Assembly (NCBI GenBank): GCA_050084985.1
Contig: JBITNC010000001.1
Location: 115,816,001 to 115,880,000 of the forward strand
Reading direction: 5' to 3'
Origin: Nageia nagi
Lineage: Eukaryota > Plantae > Pinophyta
Length of the DNA: 64,000 bases
Under the pieces are notes generated by a model that was not told where the DNA came from, searched no databases, and was given only the letters and a program-made list of their open reading frames with translations. This document shows, piece by piece, positions 52,761 through 64,000 of this stretch. The translations under genes were made by a program, and so were the position numbers. Position 1 is the first letter of the stretch. Every line of letters begins with the position of its first letter.

Positions 52761-55700
52761 TAAAGGGATTGAACTATAAATAACACAATCCTAAACTACT
52801 AAGATCTCTTGAAAGCTCACTCATTCAACATTATTCTAAATCATAATCAATCTCAAAAAGTGACTCAAGATATAAAGTGGTTCTTCCAACTAGAAGTACA
52901 TCCACTAACAAGATTATTTCATTTAAAAAGACAACTCTCTTACAATCCTTCTAATCACTATCCTAGAGCATAAATTTGCTTCACAAATTGGTGAGTGATC
53001 TCGAAGAGAGGACCTTCTATTTATAGGCCAAAATCCCTCTTTGGATCACCCTTTTAACCATTGTACAAAGGCATGACATGCTACACCCTTTTACCCAAGG
53101 GGTATGCTCATAATATAGAGTGTAGGACAAGTTATATTATCATATTCACTTAAATACTTAAGGTATCTAGTGATACCATTAAGTATTAGTAAATTTACAA
53201 AGAGAAACATTACAAAACTTTTACAATAATGCATTATAGTTTTCAACACTACTCCTTAATGCAATATTAGGATAAAGTGAAGAAGAGGGAAGAAAGAGAG
53301 AGTAAGAGAGTTCTCCTCCATATAGATACAACCAAATATGAAAACTTTTTACATATTTATGAAGTAATCAAGATATTAGTTTGAGACTCACTACTTTACT
53401 ATTCTAACAAATATTTTACAATACAATCATTAACCATAACTGATTTCAATATACATAAATTAGTCATCCAACTATAATTTGACATAATGGATCTCCATGA
53501 GTCTACACATCTAAAGTAAGTAACCTACAATCTCAAACAAAACTTGCAAGTTACAAGTAGCTTAAACAACAAGATTAGTTAGATGCAACACATTCATATC
53601 AACAAGGATAGATGAATTAAAAAATACCATTATAAACTAATCAATGGTGTACTATAAATCATCACGAAGATGCTAAGTCAATACTCATAGTCATCTTTTA
53701 TATACAAAATATATGTTGATTATCATTACAAAATAGAGCATAAAAAATGCACATATGAATTTTTCACACATGGATAATTGAATAGTGCTAGGATGGCCAA
53801 TCATTTGCTCAAAACATTATACAATAAGTTCCTCATGCAAAGCAAACTTACTATGAATATCTATAACAAAATCAACACTATACAACATAAAATCCTCCTG
53901 AGGGTGAAGTTTTCATCATAAACATGAATTCAACATAATAATTTATTCTTCACTCCCCCTTGAGGGAAACTTTACCAACCTAATAGCATCCCTAAGCTTA
54001 ATGAACTGAGCTTCAGAAAGGGGCTTGGTGAACAAATTAATGAAGTTCAAAGTTGATGGAAAATACTCTATATGTTAAATTCCATCAAGAACCTTTTCCC
54101 TAATGAAATGGAATTAGATTCCCACATATTTATTATTTGATGAAACATGAGATCCTTAGCCCAAGAAATAGCTGACTAATTATTTGAAAAAATTAGAGAT
54201 GGGTCAACTTGTTCATAGCTAATTTCTTTCAAAATATGTCTAATCCAAATAGCTTCCTAGGATGCAATAGACAAGGATTTGTATTTAGCTTCTATAGTGG
54301 AAAGAGAAATAGGAGGCTACTTCTTGGAAGCCTAAGAGATAGCACCTGAACCAATGCTAAATGCATACATAGAGGTTGATTTCATGTCATCTCTATCTCC
54401 CCCATAGTCAAAATCTAAGAACCTTGAGGGAAAAAATGAGGGCAACATGGAATCTTGAGAGAAATATCCTTCATCCCTGCAACATACCTCAAAATTCGCT
54501 TAATAGTATTGAGGTGCTCAATATAAGGTTTTTGCATGAATCATACCATCAAATTCATTACAAAGGTAATATCTAGCCTAGAAATAGTCAAATAAACAAG
54601 ATTGCCAATTAATTTCCTGTAAGCTATAGCATCTAGAAAGTGATATTTAGAGCTAAGGGAAATAGTAATTCCAAGGGATACTAGAATTACAACATGTTTA
54701 TATTCCTCCATTCCAAAATTTTGCAATATTTTTGATATATACATGGATTGACTAAGATATGTACAATCCTTGTATTGCTACACTTGCATTCTAAAGTAGT
54801 AGTGCAAGAGACCAAGATTAGTTAATTCAAATGTTGCCTTGAGTTTGGATATGCATTCTTGAATGATTTTATCATTGTTTCTAGTTATTATAAGATAATT
54901 CACATAAAGGAGAATCAAGACCATGTATTTTCCCTAATTGAGCACATATAAATTAAAGTTAGAGAAGCACTTGAAGAATCTAATTTTTAAAAAGTATATT
55001 GACATCTTCTTGTACCAAGATTTAGGTGCTTGCTTAAGTCCATATAATGACTTCTTTATCTTGCATACAAATGACTCATTTCTTTCCACTATAAACCCTT
55101 CTAGTTAATTTATGTATATTTCCACATCTAAGTCACCATTGAGAAATGCACTCTTTAGGTTAAGTTGAAAAACTTTCCATCCCTAAGCTACTAAAAGAGC
55201 AAGGATTATTTTGATAGCAAGCATCTTTGCTATGGGAGCAAATATTTCCTCATAATCCACTCCTTATTTTTGAGCAAAACCTTTAGCTACTAACCTTGCC
55301 TTGTATTTCTCAATATCTCCAACTAAATTGAACTTTACCTTGTAGATGCCCTTATTTCCAATCATATTCTTTTCATTGGGATAACAAACCAAGTCCCAAG
55401 TTTTATTTTTCATATGCATCTCATACTCCACTTTCATGGCTTCCATCTAGCACTCATGCTTTGAAGCTTCTTTGAATGATGAGGGCTTATTCTTATTATC
55501 AATTTTGGAAAATAAGGATTTTTTCAATGTCATGCTCCCTATTATCCTTTATGTTGGAGAATTTTGCTCCTTGAGTGACTTATCTACATCAATATTAAAC
55601 CAATTAGGTGCAACTAATGAGTCATCTGGATCATCAACATCCTCATTAGAAGCACATTCTATAGAAAGTTCATTGAATTTTACATCCCTTAATATGAACA

Positions 55701-58700
55701 CTACTCTATAGGATGGAGAATAGAGCCTATAGCCTCTATGTTAATTTTCATAACCCATAAAGATATATTTTTTATCTCTTTTATCTAACTTTTTCCTTTT
55801 CTCAAAAACAATGTATGAGAATGCTTCACAACCAAACACCTTAAGGTGAAAAATGTTAGGTTTTATTCTTGACCATGCCTTTTATCCTAAACAAATTTTG
55901 TGGGACATGTATTCAAGGTGTAAATAGTAATGCTCATAGCTTCACCCCATAAGAAACTAGGAAGATTACCCAACATGCATCTAACCATATCCATAATTTT
56001 TCCTTTCAATAATACTATTTTGCTAAGAGGTGTAAGGAATCATAAACTACCTTTTGATTTTATACTTAGCATAATAGACATTAAACTAATTATTGTTATA
56101 TTCTCCTCCATTATCTAATCTCATCATCTTTATTTTAAGGTTTGTCTAATTTCCAACTAAGGTCTTGAAATTTTTAAAACTCTTAAATATTTGATCTTTT
56201 TACTCAAGTAGATAGCTAAATGTTATTCTACTGAAGTCATCGATAAAGTTCAAAGAATAAGATGCTCTCCCAAGAAATTTAGTCTAAAATGGATGCATCA
56301 AATTTGTATGCACAAGTTGAAGAGGTTGAGATGCCCTTGTCACCTTATCTTTTTCAAACTTTTGTTTATTCATCTTGCCTAGGATGCACTTTTCACATAA
56401 ATTAATTTAAGGTAAAATTGAAGGCAAACCTTCCATAAGTTCTTGGTCTTCCATGACTTGAATACTCTTATGGTTAAGGTGCCCTAGATGTTGGTGCCAA
56501 ATATTTCCTCTAGAATACACATTTATAGCAAAACATATCTTTGTTGGAACTTGATTCACAATGTAAAGATCATCTTTTACTGATCCTTTAACTAGCATGG
56601 CAATTTCCTTTTTAATGCACTAAGAGTGTGAGTCAAACTCAAATGAACATTATTTTCTTGCAACTTGAATCATGGAGAGAAGGTTCATCCTAAGCTTAAT
56701 AACATAGAGTACATTTTCAAGAGCCTTCCCATGAATCAACACACTTCCAATTCCTTAAACTTTAAGAATTGAATTATCACCTATCACAACTACATCTTTT
56801 CTATACTTATGAAAAATTTTAAAATTATCCTTTTCAAAGCATAGGTGATTAGTACAACCAGATTCAACAATCAAATCATATGAGAAAGAGTGATTCATGG
56901 AGTAAAGCTTAGTAATAAGTTTAGCTTTTATATTCTTCTTCCCTTTGAAGTTCTTTACATTTCCATTACCTTTGTTCTTTTCTTCTCTTTTCTTTTTGTA
57001 GTAATCAAATTCTTTGTGACCATGGATACCAAAAAAGTTACAATTTCCATTAAACTTTGCCTTGGGATTAGATTTGTCTACCTTACCTTTTCCATCTCTT
57101 TATTTGAATTGGTTATTGTTGTTATCATTGTTGTTTTATTGTCCCTTTTCTCAAACTTCTTAAAAGAGGAAGGATAAGATTTTTTATGATGATTGAACTT
57201 CTTCATGAAAGGAGTTTTGGTTGCTTTTAGAGTAATGTTAGTTTCCTTTGGAGAAGAGATTAACACCTTTTTGTTAAGAGTTTTCTCATGCTTCAAAAGG
57301 AGATTAAAAAGGTTTTCAAGGGAGAAGATTTCTTCTTCATCATCAAGCCTAGTCTCAATTATAGTCATAAAGTTACTAAACTTTTAAGAAAGGCTTTGGA
57401 TAATAATTAATACCATGAACTCATCATTGATCCAATTGCACCCACAAGCAACAAGTTGGGTCCTAACATTAATGATTTTGTTTAAGTATATGGAAACACT
57501 TTTGTCTTCCTCTTTACTAGATTGAAGCAATTTTTGAAGAATAGTGAACCTTCTTGAAAACTTACATCCAAGGTAAATTTTTTTGAGCTTATCCCAAACT
57601 TCCTTTGCTAAGGTTGATGATGAAATCATAAAGAGCACTTCATCTAACACTACACAAAAAATCATGAAGGGTTTTAATTCATTCTTTGTATTATGTGTCT
57701 CAAGTGCCTTCTCATCTATAGGAGCAACAAGATTCTCATTGATTATTTACCAAAGCTTCTTTTCTTGCAATTAAACTCTTATCTGAGATTCTCAAATACT
57801 TAAGTTAGAAGCATCAAGAATGTGCTTGGATAAGAAGGTATCTCCCATTTTCTACACAAGAATGTGAAAGTGTTAACCTTTGTCAGCATGTGGTCTAGAA
57901 CATGCTAATCATCCATACATATTTTAAATTTATTCAAGTAAATCAATCATCCATATTAAATTTAATAAAAGAACATGCTTGATTTGTTAAACAAAGTTCA
58001 CATGTGCAAATATATGAAAATCAAAAATACATCCCATGTATCCAACACTTTTATCATCACCAAGTACCATAAATATAGAGAGATAATGTTGAGGATTTTT
58101 TTCTTATCTAAAATTAGGCCTTCACCTAGATGTCTGTAAGGTGGAACCTAGGTACTACCACTACATAACTAGTTCACCTTGGGTAGTAATATACTCCCAT
58201 AAGGAGAAGTACCTACTATTTTCTAAGGTTGTGACATATGTTGGATCGACCAAATTATTAATCTTGATTAAGTTTTAAGATGTCCTCCTAGGTTATCAAG
58301 ATAATCCCTAAACGGATATGTGAACATGTGGTATCACTACACACATGCCTATCCATCTATTGGATTTATATCTATACCAACAGAGGAATTAGGGACAATT
58401 AATAAGCATAAATTTTCACCATTTGGATCATTTTACTAAAGGCTCTTGTTTGCCTTGTCCTCACCTGGTGGCTCCCTAAATAAGTCATGTTGTAAAATGT
58501 ACTTGTGAATGTGCTCATTTTAGGGGCTTACTCATTCAATGTTTGTAATTTTTGCATTAATAAATAAAGCAAAGATTCAAAAATATAAATTAAAGTGTGT
58601 AAAATGAAACATCATTCATTCATAACTTGGAACCTTAATATTCCAATGGATTTTGTTTACTAACCCCTAAAGGACATATTTAAATAAATCCATAAGTCCA

Positions 58701-60710
58701 TATTTTGCACAAGTTAACTTTACATAAGGAATTTATCAAAACAAAGATAAATACTTAGAGAGGCATAAAAAATGCATCATTTCCATAATTTACATAAGTC
58801 CATACATCTCTTTGAAGAAGAAATTTATTAAGGTAAACACATAAAATCTAAGTAATAGTCATGCAATATTTGCATAAGGATCCAAGAAAATTTAAGTAAA
58901 AAATCATAAAAAAATTTCCCCTTTTTACTTAAAAAAAAATAAGGCTTAAAGCAATATGATCACTGTAGCATGTTAGTTTACCTTATAAATTTACCTAAAC
59001 AAAATACCAAAATTTACCATAAAAATCACTCTTTCTAAGTAAAATCCCTATAGCATTAAACAAATATTTGTATATAAAAAATTTCTCTAAAATGCTTAGC
59101 TATAAATTTTCATTAACAATTTATCTTTGTAACTTCAAAAATATTTTAACTAGTATATATATTTGCTAAAGAAATTTTAAGGAAATAACAATAATCTCTA
59201 CAATATTACCTTCCCCTTTTTAACTTCAAAAAAGTACTTTACTCATGATTTTCTCTAAATGAATAAGGGAAGTATTTAATAAGCCATGATTCAATTTGAC
59301 TTTCACTCTACTCCAAGTCAAAGTGAATTAATGAAAAAATGATGAGCAAAAATTAAAAATAATTTTATCAAGCATACTTTTAAAATATGTTCTCCCAACA
59401 TTGGACATCCATTAATGGAGAAGAGAAACATATGGATGTCAACCAAAGACATAAATGCTTATACTATCTACATAAAAGGGTTAAAAAAAATTTAAAAAAT
59501 AGAAGACAAACACTAAGAGGTTTGAGCATTGAGAGGGTTGAGCAATCATGGGAAGGAGAGAACCATAAGGAAAGTGAAGTAGGAGGCTTGGTGGTAAGTT
59601 AGAAGAGGCTAACTGCAAGGGCTCCCTTTTTTAATGGCCTTTCATGGAAACAAATGATGTGAGGCTTGGAAGTAATGAAGTTAGGAGGTTGATCATGATG
59701 GCTGCACTGTGAGGAGTCCAACTAGATCAATTCACCTTTCCAATCATCCTCAAGACTAGTATCCTACTTGGCATTCCACATGGCATGATAGAGGAAAGAG
59801 CAGCAAACATTTGGTGATCATAGGATTTGGCGTAATAGAGGAGGGTGGAGGGTAGGTCTATGTGGGGTTTGAAACCCCTAAAATAAGTAGCAAGTACTCA
59901 AAGGGCATTATCAGACAAAGTGGACTCCCCCTATATGTGTCTCAAACATGAGAAATTTGAAAAAAAAAATGATTTTTTATTTTACAAATTTTTGTATATA
60001 TAAAAAAACCATACTTTTTTACATACATATTTGATTTACAATAAAAATGCAACTCCCCTTTTTGTTAGTATAAAAAATAATTGTAAAAAAAAAATGTAGA
60101 ATACAATTATTTTTTAGAAAAGAACTTAATGTAGGCAAAGCTATAATTTTTTTAAAAAATATAGCAATAGAGTAATATTTGTAAAAATAAACAAATAATT
60201 GCATTATATTGCTATTTAAAAATATATTTTACAAAAAAAAAAAAAATGAACTAGCACATAACATATATGTTAATATCATAAATCAATAATACAAAAAATA
60301 ATCAAGAAGGAAGGAATTTATTCCTTCTTTTGAGTTTACCTCAACAAGACCTTAAAATTGAAGTAAGAAGACTTTCAAGTTGAATGAAGAGGATCTCCAA
60401 AATGTTAAAAAGTAACCTTCAACCTTGCTCTAAGACCAAATGAAAGGATTGAATAATAAAGAACACAATCCTTAAATACCAAGATCTCTTGAAAGCTCAC
60501 TCATTCAACAATAATCTAAAGCATAATCAATCGCATAAAGTGAATCAAGATATAAGGTTATTTCTCCAACTAGGAGTATATCCACTAATAAGATCTTACT
60601 TCATTCACAAAGATAACTCTCTTACAATCCTCCTAATCACTATCCTAGGGCATAACCTTTCTCCATAAATTGGTGAGTGATCACAAAGAGGGCCTTCTAT
60701 TTACATCCCA
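52761..60710 (-). mobile_element. Ty1/copia LTR retrotransposon, near full length, degenerate, long 5' UTR, 5' LTR truncated
   Basis: 3' LTR at 52761-53248 with PPT (minus GCATTAAGGAGTAG). 5' LTR remnant at 60441-~60710. PBS TGGTCTTAGAGC at 60427-60438 (minus). Polyprotein remnants lie between them. Confidence 0.92.
53975..57848 (-). pseudogene. Copia gag-pol polyprotein, disrupted
   Basis: Gag AKEVWDKLKKIY (57384-57665), protease LIVESGCTNHLC (~56840-56876), IWHQHLGHLNHKS (56407-56598), KNKTWDLV...KYKARLVAKGFAQK (55264-55446), YRKLIGNLVYLTISRLDITF (54541-54744), ISLSTIEAKY, FTKPL (~54020). Confidence 0.92.
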
Positions 60711-60719
60711 ATATGGATT

Positions 60720-61960
60720 CTTGAACCCTATTGATACCTCCTCATTTATTATCTCCCTTACTAAGGTCTCTCCCTAATTTGGTTTCTCTACCTGGGTGTC
60801 TAGACCCTCGAGCACATCCATCTCTTTCTGATCATCCTCCTCACCTTTTCCCTCCTCATGTTGGTCATTCTCCTCAACCCATGGGTTGATTACATATGGA
60901 GGTATGTTTCCTATCTAGGAAATCCATGCTAGTAGCTTACCCCTTTATGGGATCTACCATGGCCCATACACATCAATAGTACCTACATCATCTCCTATTG
61001 ATCTCATCATTGGGGGTTTGGAGTATTATATAGCTTTGCATAGATAATTATTGGCATATTTGGGGCCTCCCTATCTACCTATTTGTACACAACATGGGCT
61101 CTAATGGAATGTATTGTTGTATGTCAAACTATTATTAAACCCATTCAAAGAAGAATACTTCTACATCTCGAACAAGGTATCCTTGTAGTTATAGTGTTTG
61201 TCTCACTCATGCTAGTTGCATTTCCCCCTTGGTCCAATGAGGGAAATCCTTCTATGACTACCATATAATATCCTATGGTTGTAACCTTGCTAGCATCCCT
61301 TTATACCAATTGATATAATCATTATAGGATCATCATCTAGCTTTCTCTAGCTTATTTAGACATCATCATGTAAAGGGGTGCTCTCACCCTGCAACTAGAG
61401 GTATGTTTGTGGTCATATATTTGATATGCACCATCATCAGTAATGTATTCAACCATTCTAGCTAAATATGCTCCCTTTCCCACACCTAGATCAATAGATA
61501 CAAGTTGATTCCTCTCCATCCTTGAGTCATGCCTACCACCTCTTTATAGGCCTACACCAACAATGTTGGATCCTAAGAAAATACTATCCTCTCCTACACC
61601 ATTCTTATCATGACCTCAAACATGTTCTATGTGAAACATGGTCCTAAGGAATCTAGTAGCACAAATGATGAAATCAACAACATAACAAGTATATCTCATC
61701 ATCCTAATCACTAGGTGTCATATAAGGGCATAGGAAAAATGTGATCTAGATATGTCCTCATGCATAATGGTCATCTTCCTAGTGGGGAGTATAAATGTGT
61801 AGTTATTTGGTTCAAAATTCTCCCTCAATGTATCCATGTACAAGGTATCATCAATTATCTTGTGAACCCATGTATCTCTAGTGAGGCCAATCACCACCAA
61901 TTAGTTCAAGTCAATATGGTATAGGATGTCTCATACTCTAACCAAGAGTGGATAAAATAT
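60720..61960 (-). pseudogene. Second PMD-domain gene remnant (probably from another Tat-type element)
   Basis: LRENFEPNNYTFILPTRKMTIMHEDISRS (61718-61900 ORF), VFS*DPTLLV*AYKEV (~61540-61590), YLLI*VWEREHI (~61465-61500), and an acidic EEGKGEEDDQ tract near 60830-60860. Confidence 0.7.
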
Positions 61961-63589
61961 TTTTCTAAGTTTTATCTGGCATAAGTTTCATATGTTAGTC
62001 AGCATATTTTATAATTTATCATCATATCTCTATGTCTATATCAGTATGTGTTTTATGCATAATTATATTTCATTTTTTAGTTTGATTTATGTGTCAGCAT
62101 TGGTCATGTCCTAGGTTGTCTACATATTTCCCTAACTTGGATCATTATTCTAGTTTTGGCCAAGTTTGTGAATTGTTTGCCAAATCATATATGATTCTTT
62201 TGTATCAAAATCATACACATCATGTATGATTGATCAAACCCTAATCATCTACTAGGGGGGTGATTTTCTAAATCATCTGAATGATTAATGTAGTCATCTA
62301 GGTCCCAAATGATCCTCAAGTTCATATCATCTGAGACTTGAATGGTTTTCATAGTATAGGGCATAAAAAATAATATACATATCAATTTCATAAAAATATG
62401 AAATCTAACATATTTTAATCCAAATCAACATTTTAATATTTCAAAATTAATTTACTATATATTCTTGTGGAGTTTTGTTACATACATTTAGTCACTTTGG
62501 TTAAGGTTAAACTATTAGTTTTGTAAGCCCTTGGATTTTTCATATGCTCAATCTATGTTTTCTCATTTTTCCATTGAGGAGTGGGTGTTTTTCCTTGTCT
62601 CACAATACTTTTATTACCTACAAATCAATCATCTTTATGTTGTTTACACTATAATATTTTGTTAGTGGCTTTGTTTACCCCTTGTCAAGTTTTTCAAAGT
62701 TTGATATACATTCTTTTGGGCATTTTTAAATTACTATTGTGCTACTAATTGTCAATTCCTCAATTCATTTACTACTATTCTATTGTGTTTTATCCTAATA
62801 TTAAACTATTACATCATCCAAGGGAACATCACATTAGTTAATAAGTAACAACATTACCTTTTTGTATGATGATTCTTCAACTAGTCCTCCTTAGTCACAT
62901 CTAAGCCTATTCATCACCATGTGAAGTTTTATCTATCCCTTTCTAATGGTACCTCAATCTACAAGCACCAATCTTTAATCACCATGGATGGTCAAAGTAC
63001 AGCAAAGCAAAATGCCAAAGTTAATAGCGCAACTAACGAACCCTACAAGTCTTTTTTATTTTTATCTTTCATTATATCAAATCATACAAATAACCAATAA
63101 TCATTTTGATGATTTTGAAAACCCTAATTATATAGATGAATGATCTACAAGTTGTTCAAATGACTAGGTTTGATATCAATATCACCCATTTTGTCTATTA
63201 TTATTTTTTAATTTTATGCTCATTTTCATCAACCAATTAATTATCAATTTTAATCACTCCTTATCATACCTAACATCTTCTCATTTTAGGGGGAGGGATT
63301 CACACATTTTATCATTTTGGTCAAATTTTACAAGCTTCCTTCAACCTCATCACTAGCTTTTATCAAGGGCATCTTGAATGCATGGTCAAAATTTTGTATT
63401 ACAATTATTTATTGGGCATTATTACTTGACATAATTGATTGTAAATCAACATATTATAACATCATCATGGTTGATATTACCATTTTCTTATTCAAGCATC
63501 ATATTCCTATGTGCTATGTTTAAATTCTTCATATATCTATGAGTGTATGATCAATATCTCATTTTTTTCACTTCCCTTCAACTACTAGG

Positions 63590-63730
63590 GTGAGGCAAAT
63601 ATTATTGATTATTTATTTCCCTTCTACTATTGGGAAAAAGTACAGTCAGATCTCTTTGACTATTAGGGAAAATCATAGATCATTTATTTTCTTGTTACCC
63701 TTTCATTATTGGGGAAAATCAAAGATAATT
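63590..63730. repeat. Short repeated motif (C/T)TATT(A/G)GG(G)AAAA(TCA)
   Basis: Three to four copies, two of them preceded by CCCTT. Confidence 0.55.
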
Positions 63731-64000
63731 TCTTTTCATATTTAGATAAGATTAAATTTTCTTTAATTTTAGTGACCATATGATCCATTTGGCACATCTT
63801 GAGTAGGTCTACTCTTGGATGATATGATTACTTCCTTGATAATTATTGTTTATATTTATTTTGGTATTACATGACACTATGTCTTATGTTTAAATCAAAC
63901 CCATTTGATATTATGATGATCTAATATGGTGTGTCTATTATTGAAACAATGCTTATCATTACCATTTATGCTTGCATATCATATATTTTTATGCTTAGTT

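Noticed and set aside
56890-57387. Hydrophobic plus-strand ORFs resembling membrane or env proteins
   Set aside because: They are antisense to Lys-rich Copia gag, and the hydrophobicity comes from T-richness.
1-64000. tRNA, rRNA or intact host genes; prokaryotic systems
   Set aside because: None recognisable. The only tRNA-related sequences are retrotransposon primer binding sites.

Overview
This is AT-rich plant nuclear DNA, most likely from a large gymnosperm (conifer-type) genome. That assignment is inferred from the retroelement lineages and the style of the PPR fragment. No intact protein-coding gene is visible. Host-gene content is limited to a disrupted DUF4220+DUF594 gene (4534-6698, minus strand) and a partial paralog (about 2290-2953). 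The rest is nested, CpG-depleted, decayed transposable elements: three Ty1/copia elements, several Ty3/gypsy pieces (a chromovirus-like gag-protease, an Athila-like integrase, Tat/Ogre-type pol with an extra RNase H) and a solo LTR. Three structures stand out. (1) A 1.4 kb CACTA-type element carrying a captured PPR fragment, inserted into a Copia. (2) A 7.4 kb LTR element with two LTRs, PBS and PPT but no gag-pol. It shares its LTR, PPT and 3' UTR with the Copia at 52761-60710 and instead carries a decayed Pro-rich/coiled-coil ORF and several repeat arrays. (3) A Tat-type LTR element with gag, no pol, and an antisense, apparently intron-containing plant-mobile-domain (PMD) gene; a second PMD remnant lies near the window end. 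All boundaries were read by eye and are approximate.
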